The notes under the pieces were generated by a model. It was not told the origin of the DNA, searched no databases, and was given only the letters and a program-made list of their open reading frames with translations. The position numbers were made by a program, and so were the translations under genes. DNA of 64,000 bases from Limisphaerales bacterium (GTDB lineage: Bacteria; Verrucomicrobiota; Verrucomicrobiia; Limisphaerales; JAJOIW01): NCBI GenBank assembly GCA_965657355.1, contig CBFHOE010000002.1, positions 64,001-128,000 of the forward strand, in the 5' to 3' direction. Below, one piece after another: positions 10,743 to 23,605 of this stretch. Position 1 is the stretch's first letter; each line of letters begins with the position of its first letter.

Positions 10743-11735
10743 ATGAGTAACGATATCACATCGATAAATGAAGAAGTCGCGCGAGTAAGCGCATTTATGC
10801 ATCCCCTTTTTTCAGAAATGGAAAAAGTGATTGTCGGGCAAAGGTATTTGATTGAGAGGTTGGTCATTGGGTTGTTGTCTGATGGGCATGTTCTTCTGGA
10901 GGGGGTTCCGGGTTTGGCAAAAACTCTTTCCGTTAGGACATTGGCTGAGGCCTTGAATGTGAAATTTTCAAGAATCCAGTTCACTCCCGACATGTTGCCA
11001 GCGGACGTTGTAGGAACGCAGATTTTCAATCCACAATCCGGTGAATTCACAACCAGAACAGGTCCAGTGTTTTCCAACCTCTTACTGGCAGATGAAATAA
11101 ATAGAGCTCCAGCCAAAGTTCAATCAGCACTTCTTGAGGCCATGCAGGAAAAACAAGTCACCATTGGAGATTCGACCTATCAATTGGAACAACCATTCCT
11201 CGTACTTGCCACTCAAAACCCAATTGACCAAGAGGGTACCTACCCTTTGCCTGAAGCTCAGGTGGATAGATTCATGTTGAAATTAAAAATTGACTATCCA
11301 TCGAGGCCCGAGGAACGAAAAATTCTGGAGCTGATGGGAAACACAAACAAGCGACCAGGGGTGGGTGAAATCATTTCAGCGCAACAAATCCTCGATGCAC
11401 GAGATGTAGTCAACCAAATATACATGGATGACAAGGTTAAAGACTATATAGTGGACATTGTGTGTGCGACAAGAAATGCATCTCAATACAACATACAAGG
11501 CATTGATGATATGATTCAGATGGGAGCCTCCCCTCGAGCAACTATTTCGTTGGCACTAGCTTCAAAAGCTCACGCATTCATCAATGGAAGAGGTTTTGTC
11601 ACTCCACAAGATGTGAAGACAATAGGCATGGATGTATTGAGGCACAGGGTCATGATTACCTATGAAGCTGAAGCTGAAGAAAAGCAAAGTGAGGACATCA
11701 TTAAGTCGATATTTGATCAACTGCCTGTGCCGTAA
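10743..11735 (+). CDS. moxR: MoxR family AAA+ ATPase
   Basis: GVPGLAKT Walker A, RIQFTPDMLPAD, LLADEINRAPAKVQSALLE, ATQNP. Confidence 0.96.
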   Translation: MSNDITSINEEVARVSAFMHPLFSEMEKVIVGQRYLIERLVIGLLSDGHVLLEGVPGLAKTLSVRTLAEALNVKFSRIQFTPDMLPADVVGTQIFNPQSGEFTTRTGPVFSNLLLADEINRAPAKVQSALLEAMQEKQVTIGDSTYQLEQPFLVLATQNPIDQEGTYPLPEAQVDRFMLKLKIDYPSRPEERKILELMGNTNKRPGVGEIISAQQILDARDVVNQIYMDDKVKDYIVDIVCATRNASQYNIQGIDDMIQMGASPRATISLALASKAHAFINGRGFVTPQDVKTIGMDVLRHRVMITYEAEAEEKQSEDIIKSIFDQLPVP

Positions 11736-11773
11736 ATCTCAAGACTTCTGCGATATTTTTTCAATCCTTCAAA

Positions 11774-12730
11774 ATGATACCAGCTGAAATTCTCAAAAAA
11801 ATTCGGCAAATCGAATTAAAAACAAAAAGGTTGGTCAGTGAAAAACTCGCTGGTCAATACCAAAGTGTTTTTAAAGGTCAAGGTATGGACTTCGATGAAG
11901 TGAGGGAGTATCAGCCAGGTGATGAAGTTCGTGCGATCGATTGGAATGTGACGGCAAGGATGAATCACCCTTTTGTTAAAAAATTCAAAGAGGAACGCGA
12001 ACTAACGGTTCTTCTTGTTGTTGACGTTTCTGGTTCGGGTTTATTTGGGTCCGGGAAACAAAGTAAAAGAGATTTGGCCGCAGAGATTGCCTCTGTTCTG
12101 GCATTTTCAGCAATTAGAAATAATGACAAAGTGGGCCTTATTTTATTCTCCGAGGGAATAGAAAAATTCATTCCACCAAGAAAAGGAAGAGCCCACGTTC
12201 TGAGAGTCATAAGAGAGATATTATTCTTCGAACCCCAAAAAAGAGGTACGGATTTGAATACGACAATAGACTTCATAATGAAAGTCATAAGACATAAATC
12301 AATTGTCGTTGTTGTATCAGACTTTATGGGGCAGACCGCACCTAGCAGAAAGGATGTTTTATCCTACTTAAAGCGGAAAGTCGTTTTGTCAGAAAATCTT
12401 GGGCAAGCTTCATTTTTCAATTTAAGGCAGATTAATAGGCGCCACGACCTTATCGCGATTCAAATAATTGATAAGTATGAATTGGATTTACCGAAAGTCG
12501 GCAAAGTAGTCTTAAGGGATGCGGAGACTGATGAAGTTTTAGAAGTTGACACCGGCGATAAATTGAAAAGAGTTGGATTCAGGGACAGACAGCAAAGGTC
12601 TCAATCTGAGCTTGTCCGATTATTTCGCTCAGCAAATATAGATACTATCCCCCTCAAAACCGGCGAGGACTACTCCATCGCACTGGCACATTTTTTTGAG
12701 ACTCGAGAAAAACGTCAGAGCCATAGATAG
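11774..12730 (+). CDS. DUF58 domain protein (MoxR-associated)
   Basis: FDEVREYQPGDEVRAIDWNVTAR; DVSGS; SDF. Confidence 0.94.
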   Translation: MIPAEILKKIRQIELKTKRLVSEKLAGQYQSVFKGQGMDFDEVREYQPGDEVRAIDWNVTARMNHPFVKKFKEERELTVLLVVDVSGSGLFGSGKQSKRDLAAEIASVLAFSAIRNNDKVGLILFSEGIEKFIPPRKGRAHVLRVIREILFFEPQKRGTDLNTTIDFIMKVIRHKSIVVVVSDFMGQTAPSRKDVLSYLKRKVVLSENLGQASFFNLRQINRRHDLIAIQIIDKYELDLPKVGKVVLRDAETDEVLEVDTGDKLKRVGFRDRQQRSQSELVRLFRSANIDTIPLKTGEDYSIALAHFFETREKRQSHR

Positions 12731-12735
12731 TAAGA

Positions 12736-13332
12736 ATGGACGAAACTAACCAGCTGAACAAAATATCGATGGATCAGGCTTCTGGATTAAAATTTACAGA
12801 AGAGGTAAATTTCATAGACATTCCCGATCCTTATGGATGGGTTTGGCCAACCGTAATTTCGCTCATGGCTCTGCTTATCATGACGGTTGGATATTTTTGG
12901 TGGTTAAAGGTCTTAAAAGCCCGCACGAAAAACGACCAGGTCTACATCTCTGCATATGAAAAAGCTATGCTGCGATTACAAAAGGCAATGTCGCTTGAAT
13001 CAGCACCTCGTGCTTTTGTCTCAGAAGTAAGTAACACAATAAGATCGTATCTTGAAGAACAATTCTCAATTTCAGCACCAGAGCAAACAACTGAGGAATT
13101 CCTGAAATTTATTAAGAATGACAAGACACTCCACCCCAAACATAAAGTTGTATTAGATGAGTTTTTGAAAACAGCTGACCTTGTTAAATTTGCAAAGCTG
13201 GAACCTGGGAAAACCGAATTGCTAAAATTATTTGATACAGCTAAAAACTTTGTAGATCAAACTGGGATTAGTGAAGAAAAAACCACATTAGATTCTGAAA
13301 AAACAGAAGTAACCGAAGGAGGGACTAGGTGA
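12736..13332 (+). CDS. Bat-operon membrane protein (DUF4381-like)
   Basis: Single TM helix; TTEEFL and ADLVKFAK motifs; lies between DUF58 and batA. Confidence 0.78.
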   Translation: MDETNQLNKISMDQASGLKFTEEVNFIDIPDPYGWVWPTVISLMALLIMTVGYFWWLKVLKARTKNDQVYISAYEKAMLRLQKAMSLESAPRAFVSEVSNTIRSYLEEQFSISAPEQTTEEFLKFIKNDKTLHPKHKVVLDEFLKTADLVKFAKLEPGKTELLKLFDTAKNFVDQTGISEEKTTLDSEKTEVTEGGTR

Positions 13333-14320
13333 AATTTGCCAATCCATGGATGCTTCTATTGATCTTATTAATCCCATTAATCGCCCTCTTACGAGGCAAG
13401 TCAGGGCAGAAAGCAGCATTCTTATATTCCTCAGTTTCCATCCTCAAAGGAATAACTAATGTGTCGAGATCCCGAAGGGGTGAATTCATTAATTTTTTAA
13501 GATGGTTAGCCATACTCATGTTTATTTTAGGATTAGCGCGACCTCGAATTCCTGAAGGACAGACTAAATTTACTGCCAGTGGGGTGGACATAATGATAGC
13601 ACTGGACTTGTCGAACAGCATGCTAGCAGAAGATTTTTATTTAAATAACAAAAGAGTTAATCGCCTCGAAATTGCCAAAGACGTATTAAAGAAATTTATA
13701 AAGAAAAGACCCAATGACAGATTGGGGATGGTAGTATTTGCAAGGCACGCATACCTCGCTGTGCCTATGACTTTAAACCACGAATTTCTTCTCCAAAATT
13801 TAGACAGATTAGATATAGGTGTTATTGAAAATGACACAGCCATTGGAGATGGTTTAGCCACAAGCATAAATAGACTCAAAGATCTGGAAGCAAAATCAAG
13901 AATAGTGATTTTGATTACCGATGGCGATGAAACGGTTAATGAGATTCCACCGCTGACCTCTGCAGAAATTGCTGAATCATTTGGTGTTAAAGTATATACA
14001 ATAGGGGTCGGGACAAGAGGAAAAGCCCCTTTCCCGCAAAGAAGCCCATTTGGGGGTATAAGCTACGTTCCGATGGATGTTTCAATTGATGAAGACTTAT
14101 TACAAAAAATAGCATTAAAAACCGGTGGAAAGTATTACAGGGCGGATAACACCGAAAAATTTATCGAGATATATAATGAAATTGATGCTCTCGAAAAATC
14201 AGAAAGTGAAGTTAAATTATATTCTCAATATCAGGAGCTTTTCTTTTATTTTGTCGCATGCGGCTTAGTTTTTCTATCCTTGGAAATCATCCTAACGCAC
14301 ACAGTATTTAGAACAATACC

Positions 14321-14324
<4 letters not shown>
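13329..14324 (+). CDS. batA: BatA, VWA-domain membrane protein
   Basis: MKFANPW N-terminal BatA domain, LARP, MIDAS DLSNSM, TAIGDGL, ITDG. Confidence 0.92.
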
Positions 14325-16261
<1,937 letters not shown>

Positions 16262-16297
16262 TCTCAAGATGAGCTGTGAATTTATAGAGGATAAAAA

Positions 16298-18079
16298 ATG
16301 AAAGTAATCACAAATTTTAAATTACCACAATTGCTTATAGCTTTCTCCCTAATTATCTTGCTAACCGGGATTTCCAATGGACAGGAAGTCAAGGCGTCCT
16401 TGACACCCAATTACTTGGAAATTGGGCAAGCTGGAACATTTACATTAACTTTTATTAATACCGGACAGATACAATTTAATTCATTTAAATTCCCCTCATT
16501 TCAAGGATTTAGGATACCCCTACAAAACCAGAGAACCGAAAGAAGAATAACCAACAACGAGGTAACCATTAAGATTTCATTTCAGGTAATTCCTATGCGG
16601 CCTGGAAACTGGGAGATTCCATCGTTTACTTTTTCCTTGGGGCAAGAAAAGCTGGTTTCAAATAATATCAAGTTCAAAATTTATCCTAAGGGGAAATCTC
16701 CAGCAGGAAAATTACCTACTAATAAGATAGCTTTCATCAAAATCATCCCAGCGAAAAGTCGAGTATTCATTGGTGAGAGCTTCCCTGTTAAAGTCAATTT
16801 ATACTACGATCAACGCTGTCTAGAAAAAGAATGGCCAGCTTTAGAGACTGAAGGGTTTAATCTTGAATACAAACAGTTAGGAGATTCATACCAAATAAAT
16901 ATTGGAAACCGACGGTTTGGAGTAACGGAGACAACGCGCATTGCAACAGCACTAAAAACAGGGGAGTTACAACTTGGGCCAGCGACGAGCGATGTGCAAG
17001 TTCCTGTTGGCAACTCGCAAGGATTTGGATTGTTTTCACGAAGGGTAACTGAAAATTTCAAAGCTGAAGGAGAACCCATTAAAATAAATAGTGTTGAGCT
17101 CCCATCTACAGGAAGGCCAGATAATTTTAATGGATTAGTCGGAACTGAATATGTCATGACGTATTCGGCAAGTCCCAAAACCGTCAAAGTCGGTGATCCA
17201 ATCACAGTAAAAATTGAGATCGGAGGAAGAGGGAATATTTCAAGTATACAACTCCCGAGAGAACTTAGCTGGAGTGATTTTAAAACTTATGAGCCCAAAT
17301 CTGATTCCATGATCGCCAATAAGGTTAAGATGGAAGGCAGGAAAAATTTTGAAATGGTAGTCATACCGAAAACAACAGAGGTGACCTCATTGCCAGATTT
17401 AAATATAAGTTATTTTGATCCAGACAAAATCAAATATGTGACGATGAGTAAGCCTGGACCTAAAATCTTAGTTTCGGCGGGGACATACAATGCAAATGCT
17501 GAGAGCTATCAATCAACGACCAGTCTAGAAGGAGAAGAAAAAAATAATGAATCAGGATCCTCATTGGCTCATATAGAATATAAGCAATCAGATATCTCGA
17601 TTGGAACAGTTTTAAATCCTACCGGCTCGTGGCTTTGGCTCTTACCTGGAACCAGTTTTATATTTATGCTGATTACCATCGTAGCGCAGTGGACTCGAAA
17701 ATTTATTAATCAAAAAAGCAATTCCTCGCCGAGGCTCGCAAATAAAAACCGAGAAAAAGATATTGCAGACCTTGAAGAGCTTGCGATGAATAATGAAATT
17801 GAAAGGTTTTGTAGTCTGTTGTTTAGGATGCTCCAACAAGATATTAGCCAAATAACGGGCATTCCCTTTGAGGCTATAACTTCAGACATTATCCTAAATA
17901 GCGATTTTTTCGCGACTATGGCAAAAGAACAAAAACTCACCCTAGAAGAATTATTCACCATGTGCGATAGAGTACGTTATGGAATTCAGCCAGAGACAAT
18001 TTTATTATCAAAAGCTTTTAGTGATTATAAAAGTGTTTCAAGCGCACTACAAAGCTTAAGAAGAACTCAAAAAAAATAG
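16298..18079 (+). CDS. batD: BatD family protein
   Basis: Signal peptide, repeated beta-rich BatD domains (FNGLVG, VKVGDPIT, YFDP), TM helix near the C-terminus, operon position. Confidence 0.88.
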   Translation: MKVITNFKLPQLLIAFSLIILLTGISNGQEVKASLTPNYLEIGQAGTFTLTFINTGQIQFNSFKFPSFQGFRIPLQNQRTERRITNNEVTIKISFQVIPMRPGNWEIPSFTFSLGQEKLVSNNIKFKIYPKGKSPAGKLPTNKIAFIKIIPAKSRVFIGESFPVKVNLYYDQRCLEKEWPALETEGFNLEYKQLGDSYQINIGNRRFGVTETTRIATALKTGELQLGPATSDVQVPVGNSQGFGLFSRRVTENFKAEGEPIKINSVELPSTGRPDNFNGLVGTEYVMTYSASPKTVKVGDPITVKIEIGGRGNISSIQLPRELSWSDFKTYEPKSDSMIANKVKMEGRKNFEMVVIPKTTEVTSLPDLNISYFDPDKIKYVTMSKPGPKILVSAGTYNANAESYQSTTSLEGEEKNNESGSSLAHIEYKQSDISIGTVLNPTGSWLWLLPGTSFIFMLITIVAQWTRKFINQKSNSSPRLANKNREKDIADLEELAMNNEIERFCSLLFRMLQQDISQITGIPFEAITSDIILNSDFFATMAKEQKLTLEELFTMCDRVRYGIQPETILLSKAFSDYKSVSSALQSLRRTQKK

Positions 18080-18105
18080 AGGTAGAAAGACTGCGTTAAT
18101 TTATA

Positions 18106-18906
18106 ATGAATGTTCACAATCCATATTGTTTGAGAGTTTTTTTCTTCTGCCTCGGCTCTTTTTTTATGCTTAACACACTCACCGTGTTTTCAGACGATTC
18201 CTTATTTGATGATAAATTCCAGAACGCCAATAGGCTTTATGAAAAGAAGGAATATTCGGCAGCAAAAGATCAGTATTTAGAGCTTATAAGCGAAGGGCTT
18301 TTGACACCTGAAATATTCCTAAATCTTGGAAACAGCTGGATCAAGCTGAACGACTCGGCGAATGCTCTCATTGCGTATGAAAGAGGACTCATTTTAAGCC
18401 CGAGGAATCCCATGCTAATGAATAATTTAAAATTTACACTGATAGAATTAAACCCAGAAAAAACAGACTTACCAAAGAGGTCCTTCCTGAGGTTTTTTCC
18501 ATTAAATTTCTGGGCCATTATATTCACCTGTGCTACTTCCGCATTCTGTATTACAGTCGGATTATCACAGCTACCCCACACCCCAATGAGGAATTTAGGA
18601 AAGCTGACTCCTTTGACACTTGTTTTTTGCATAATAGGAGCCGGATTATTCTTCTTTGCAAATAAAGAATGGAACAGGGATGTTGGTATCGTTTCTATGG
18701 AAAAAATCGCTGCCCGTTTTGGCCCAGTCCAGGAAGCCGAAGAATCCTTCACGGTTGAGCCTGGTGATTATCTTAGTTTGATAGATGAGCGGTCAGGATG
18801 GGTTAGAGTAGTCGATTCTAGAAATAGAAAAGGTTGGATAGAAACGGATTATTTTCATTTTATTTCACCACCAAATAAAGCGTTAAACTTCTCGAAATTA
18901 GACTGA
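18106..18906 (+). CDS. batE: BatE family protein (TPR + TM + SH3)
   Basis: FQNANRLY, NLGNSW, YERGLILSP; C-terminal GWVRV...KGWI SH3b. Confidence 0.85.
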   Translation: MNVHNPYCLRVFFFCLGSFFMLNTLTVFSDDSLFDDKFQNANRLYEKKEYSAAKDQYLELISEGLLTPEIFLNLGNSWIKLNDSANALIAYERGLILSPRNPMLMNNLKFTLIELNPEKTDLPKRSFLRFFPLNFWAIIFTCATSAFCITVGLSQLPHTPMRNLGKLTPLTLVFCIIGAGLFFFANKEWNRDVGIVSMEKIAARFGPVQEAEESFTVEPGDYLSLIDERSGWVRVVDSRNRKGWIETDYFHFISPPNKALNFSKLD

Positions 18907-19806
18907 TTTATCAAATGCATAACAAGCGGCACCTATGGCCCCCGCGTTTTTACCTAAAATAGCCCTAGAAACTCGCACTTTTTTTTCATCAATCAGACGG
19001 GATTCTTTGATAGCTTTTATTGCTCCTTTTTGAAAAAAATCAAAGTGGTAATCTGTTACTCCACCAGCAAAGACTATTTCTTGTGGATAATAACAATGCA
19101 GGAATGTCTGTATGCCTCTTTTCCAAGCCATTTCTATTTTTGCTTTATATAAAACGACTGGCTTTTCCATAGATGTAAAGAGCTCACCGGGATCATTCAA
19201 TCCAAATTCTTTTGCTTTCCTCGAAAATGATGTACCGGAAGCCCAGGATTCCAAGGATCCAACAACATTAGAGTAACAATCATCTCCTGAATCTAATGTT
19301 GGAATTAAACCAATTTCCGGATGCTCTCTACTTGCCCCTCTATAAATTTCCCCACCTGTGACCAAACTCCCACCAATTCCAGTCCCTATGGTTAAAATGA
19401 GCATTGGGTCAGGAGAATTTTTTCTCATCTTGTATTCACCATAGGCTGTCATATCAGCATCATTTTCAAAAGTGATAGGGCGACCATATTTATCAAATAA
19501 GAACTGACTCATCGACCACCCCTCCCAACCGGGCAATGTATATGGATTATCAAATGTTCGATTATCCAAATTAAGAGGGCCTGGGGCTCCAATCCCTATG
19601 GAACAAAGCTGACTAACACTGACGCTTGATTTTTTTAATAAATTCTCGATAGCTCCAACCAGCCTCAGTTGAGCGCTCCTGACGCCATCAGAGGAATGAG
19701 TTGGCAACTCAGTAAATTGGCGCAGAGGTGGACCCTTTGTTGATATTAAGCCAATCAGTATTTTGGTACCACCAACGTCTATTCCAAGTGAAAATGAATC
19801 ACTCAT
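18898..19806 (-). CDS. ROK family sugar kinase-like protein
   Basis: GIDVGGTK, IGIGAPGP, ENDAD, TIGTGIGG, AGAIGAA; the Cys-rich zinc motif is degenerate. Confidence 0.88.
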   Translation of the reverse strand: MSDSFSLGIDVGGTKILIGLISTKGPPLRQFTELPTHSSDGVRSAQLRLVGAIENLLKKSSVSVSQLCSIGIGAPGPLNLDNRTFDNPYTLPGWEGWSMSQFLFDKYGRPITFENDADMTAYGEYKMRKNSPDPMLILTIGTGIGGSLVTGGEIYRGASREHPEIGLIPTLDSGDDCYSNVVGSLESWASGTSFSRKAKEFGLNDPGELFTSMEKPVVLYKAKIEMAWKRGIQTFLHCYYPQEIVFAGGVTDYHFDFFQKGAIKAIKESRLIDEKKVRVSRAILGKNAGAIGAACYAFDKSV

Positions 19807-19843
19807 TCCCAAGTCAAACTATATCCAAATGAAACACCCACGT

Positions 19844-20785
19844 TTAAAGGGCAATAAATTTAAATGCCTCTCCCCCCAGGAATTGGTCACTACTGACAGT
19901 TGGGCAAACATATTTTTCAATGTGTTCGATAATAAGGTGCGTTCCCTCGTGATGGTCGACGAAAGGGGCGCTTTGAGGATTGTACATAGTGTCAGTAAGG
20001 TCTCTAATGAGGTGAACATTCTTTTTGTTTTTGGCCATTTGGCGCAGGCCAAACGGACGACCGAGCACACACATATTGGTATGCACACCAACCAGCAGGA
20101 CATTTGAGATATCATGGTGCTCCATGATATTCCAAATTTCGACTCCATCATCGCTTATGTAATCTTTTTTTTCATCAATATGTATGGCCTTGATTTGATG
20201 TGTCCAAGGAGCCCCCGGATTTTTACCTAAATCAATGAGGTGTTGCCTAAATTTCTTTTGTTGGACCGGATCAGAGTCGCAACCTCCATCGGATTGATCA
20301 ATAGGGTAATTTTTTTCTTCTTCACCATCCGGCATCCAATGACACCATTGGCCAATATCTTTTGGGGCGGTCTCAAACGTCGGAACGCTGGAGACCCTGT
20401 GCCTCGCCGCGTGGGATTCATAATATTTCATACAGCTACTCGGGGCATGAATTATTTGACAGCCAACTTCGCGCAAATGCTTCGCAAGCTTGTCTATCCG
20501 CGGAGCTAATTGAGTAACTCTATCGACTGCGTTTTTACAATGATGCAAATCCCACATATCGCAAATAATCAATGCAGTGCGTCCAATTTCGATTTCGATA
20601 TTTTCGATTTGCTCAACGAATGCGTCGGTCGATGGTTTCTTTTTTCTTAACCTTCTTGTTAACTTAAAATGAGTCATTTCCTTTTTTTCCTCGGCATGAG
20701 AAAGAACGTTCAAATTGAAAGCACCTCCGCCAACTAGGCCAAATGCGGTAGTTTTATTGATAAAGGACCTACGAGAAGTTTTCAT
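19844..20785 (-). CDS. Tat-exported isochorismatase/cysteine hydrolase family protein
   Basis: SRRSFI Tat signal; TALIICDMW; GVHTNMCVLGRPFG; IRDLTD. Confidence 0.8.
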   Translation of the reverse strand: MKTSRRSFINKTTAFGLVGGGAFNLNVLSHAEEKKEMTHFKLTRRLRKKKPSTDAFVEQIENIEIEIGRTALIICDMWDLHHCKNAVDRVTQLAPRIDKLAKHLREVGCQIIHAPSSCMKYYESHAARHRVSSVPTFETAPKDIGQWCHWMPDGEEEKNYPIDQSDGGCDSDPVQQKKFRQHLIDLGKNPGAPWTHQIKAIHIDEKKDYISDDGVEIWNIMEHHDISNVLLVGVHTNMCVLGRPFGLRQMAKNKKNVHLIRDLTDTMYNPQSAPFVDHHEGTHLIIEHIEKYVCPTVSSDQFLGGEAFKFIAL

Positions 20786-20909
20786 AATCTAGAAGTTTGG
20801 ATTTGTATAATATACTGCCCACCCGACTTAAAAATTGCAATACGGCAAATCAATACCGATTTTATTTTAGTTTCGCTCTATATTCATTCTCTATAATGTA
20901 TGAAGTCCT

Positions 20910-23480
20910 GTGCCTGAGACAAAAAATTTACCCATATACGAAACAGAAAATGAGATATGCACTATTTTGAGGAATGAGAATCGTCTTATTCTTCAAGCGC
21001 CTACAGGGTCTGGAAAAAGCACTCAAGTCCCTCAGATAATCCTAGATCATAAACTTGCTGAAAATGGGCAGATAGTTGTTCTTCAGCCCCGACGAATAGC
21101 TGCACGTATGTTGGCTTCTCGGGTCTCACATGAAAGACAGAGTAAGCTAGGCTCCGAGACTGGATATCAGATTAGATTCGAAAACAAGACTACAGATCAA
21201 ACGAAAATTAGATTTGTGACCGAGGCTATTTTGCTACGGCAAATTGTAAGGGACCCGAATCTTGCAAGTGTTTCAGTAATCATTTTTGATGAGTTTCACG
21301 AACGCCATTTGCATGGGGACATTACTTTAGCCAGGGCATTACACGTCCAAAAAAATAGCCGACCAGATTTAAAAATAATTGTGATGTCCGCTACATTAGA
21401 TCCGGGACCACTGGAAGAATTTTTAGCCCCGTGTAAAACGGTTCAAAGTGAAGGCCGTACATTTCCCGTAACAAAAGAATATTGGAAAAAAAGTATAGGA
21501 CCAAATACAACGCCAGTCTGGGATGCCGCGGCTGAAGCATTCGAGTCATGGAATAGACAAGGTCATTCTGGAGATATATTGATTTTTATGCCAGGGAACT
21601 TTGAAATCCAAAAAACCATACAGGCCCTCCAAGTTTCTGACGCTGCATCAAACTATTTGATTCTCCCTCTCCATGGTGAATTACCCATAGAGCAACAGGA
21701 TACCGCTGTGGCCCCTCAGGAGACACCAAAAATTATAGTTGCGACAAATGTTGCCGAAACCTCTCTAACGATTGATGGAATCAAATTGGTAATCGATAGT
21801 GGTCTAGCCAGGATCGCGGACTATGATTCAGTCAGAGGCATCAACACTCTTCACATTAAAAATATTAGTCAATCCTCGGCTGATCAGAGAACAGGACGAG
21901 CAGGCAGAACCCAAGAGGGTCATTGTATTCGTTTGTGGAAAGAGAAAGACCACTCTCACAGGCAGAACAACGAAAAACCTGAAATCCATCGCCTTGACCT
22001 ATCTGAGGTATTACTTAATTTAAAATGCTCAGGGGTTGATGATTTGGAAAGTTTTGGTTGGTTTGACCCACCAGAAGAAAAAAGTTTCAGAAAGGCAATT
22101 ACCCTTTTGCAAGATCTAGGGGCCTTGGATAAAAACAATGTATTGACTGAGCTTGGGAAGAAAATGCAGACATTTCCGACCCATCCGAGGTATGCAAGAC
22201 TTTTACTAGCAGCATCTGAATTTGATTGTGTCAATCAAGCATGCCTTATTGCAGCATTGACTCAAGGAAGGGACATTCTCATTTCCAGAGTAGATAAAAA
22301 TATTAGAGAAAGGCGTGAAGACGTATTAGGGGTATCCGTGAGCTCTGATTTTTTTCTATCCATGCGAGCTTGGCGGTTTGCATTAGCTAAAAAATTTCAA
22401 ACCAGGGAGTGTAAACAGCTTGGCATCCACGCTGGTTCGGCGAGACAAGTCCAGCCCTTGTTCAATCAATTTTTAAGAATCGCTAAACAATTAAATTTAG
22501 ATACGGAACCGAAAAAAGTTTCAGATGAGAATATCAGGCGGTCTCTTCTTTTGGCCTTTAGCGATAGGCTTGGAAGAAAAATGGACCGAGGTACAGCAAG
22601 ATGCCAAATGGTCAACAACAGGCGAGGTGATGTGTCCAAAAACTCGTGCCTAAAAAATTCTGAATTATTTGTTGCTGCAGAAATAAATGAAATCGAGGGT
22701 CGCGACAAAACTGTCCAAACCTTTCTTTCAAACTTGACTGAAGTGGAAGAAGATTGGTTAGTTCAACACTTCCCCGAGGACACTCATACCTCAGAAGAGG
22801 TAGAATTGGACCCTCAAACAAAACGCATCCGTTCATTTAAACAAACTTATTTTAGAGATCTGCTCATCAGATCAGAGGCCGTCGGAGAAGCGTCCGATGA
22901 AGCTAAAGCAAAATTACTCGCCTCTCATATTCTTGATGGAAATATACCTTTAAAAAATTGGGACTCTAAAATTGACAATTGGATTACACGAGTAAACGTT
23001 TTGAGCCAGCTTTGCCCTGAATTGGAAATACCTGGTATTGATGAAGAAGCCAGGTTTGAAATTCTCACAGAAATATGCCTTGAGGTTCGTTCCCCAAAAG
23101 AATTGAAAGAAGTAGACGTTTGGGCTCATGTCAAAGGTTGGATAAGTCCTAACCAACTCTCCTTGATTGACAAATACGCACCAGAAAAGATTGAGCTTAA
23201 AAATGGGAGGAAAGTGAGAATTGAATACAAAGAGAATGAAGAACCTATCCTATTAGCCAGAATCCAAGACTTGCTTGGAATTTCAAAGCTCCCACAAATA
23301 TTACTAGGGAATATAAGTCCAGTCATTCATATCCTCGCCCCTAATTTTAGGCCCGTTCAAGTGACCAAAGATTTGGAAAGTTTTTGGAAAGATCATTACC
23401 CTGCTAGAAGAAAAGAGCTGCAAAGAAAATATCCTAAGCACGCCTGGCCAGATGACCCAAAACTTCCGGCCATGAAATAA
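20910..23480 (+). CDS. hrpB: ATP-dependent RNA helicase HrpB
   Basis: APTGSGKST, DEFHER, MSAT, ATNVAETSLTI, QRTGRAGR; C-terminal RPVQVTKDLESFW...YPKHAWP. Confidence 0.95.
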   Translation: MPETKNLPIYETENEICTILRNENRLILQAPTGSGKSTQVPQIILDHKLAENGQIVVLQPRRIAARMLASRVSHERQSKLGSETGYQIRFENKTTDQTKIRFVTEAILLRQIVRDPNLASVSVIIFDEFHERHLHGDITLARALHVQKNSRPDLKIIVMSATLDPGPLEEFLAPCKTVQSEGRTFPVTKEYWKKSIGPNTTPVWDAAAEAFESWNRQGHSGDILIFMPGNFEIQKTIQALQVSDAASNYLILPLHGELPIEQQDTAVAPQETPKIIVATNVAETSLTIDGIKLVIDSGLARIADYDSVRGINTLHIKNISQSSADQRTGRAGRTQEGHCIRLWKEKDHSHRQNNEKPEIHRLDLSEVLLNLKCSGVDDLESFGWFDPPEEKSFRKAITLLQDLGALDKNNVLTELGKKMQTFPTHPRYARLLLAASEFDCVNQACLIAALTQGRDILISRVDKNIRERREDVLGVSVSSDFFLSMRAWRFALAKKFQTRECKQLGIHAGSARQVQPLFNQFLRIAKQLNLDTEPKKVSDENIRRSLLLAFSDRLGRKMDRGTARCQMVNNRRGDVSKNSCLKNSELFVAAEINEIEGRDKTVQTFLSNLTEVEEDWLVQHFPEDTHTSEEVELDPQTKRIRSFKQTYFRDLLIRSEAVGEASDEAKAKLLASHILDGNIPLKNWDSKIDNWITRVNVLSQLCPELEIPGIDEEARFEILTEICLEVRSPKELKEVDVWAHVKGWISPNQLSLIDKYAPEKIELKNGRKVRIEYKENEEPILLARIQDLLGISKLPQILLGNISPVIHILAPNFRPVQVTKDLESFWKDHYPARRKELQRKYPKHAWPDDPKLPAMK

Positions 23481-23605
23481 GCAATCAAACTTCGATCAAT
23501 GCTATATGTTTCACCACTTTTAACAATGATTTGACGCAAATTTAGCCAAGAACAGTGCACGGAGCTTACGGAATGCATATGGCCCCTCTTTTTGTAGCCA
23601 GAATA

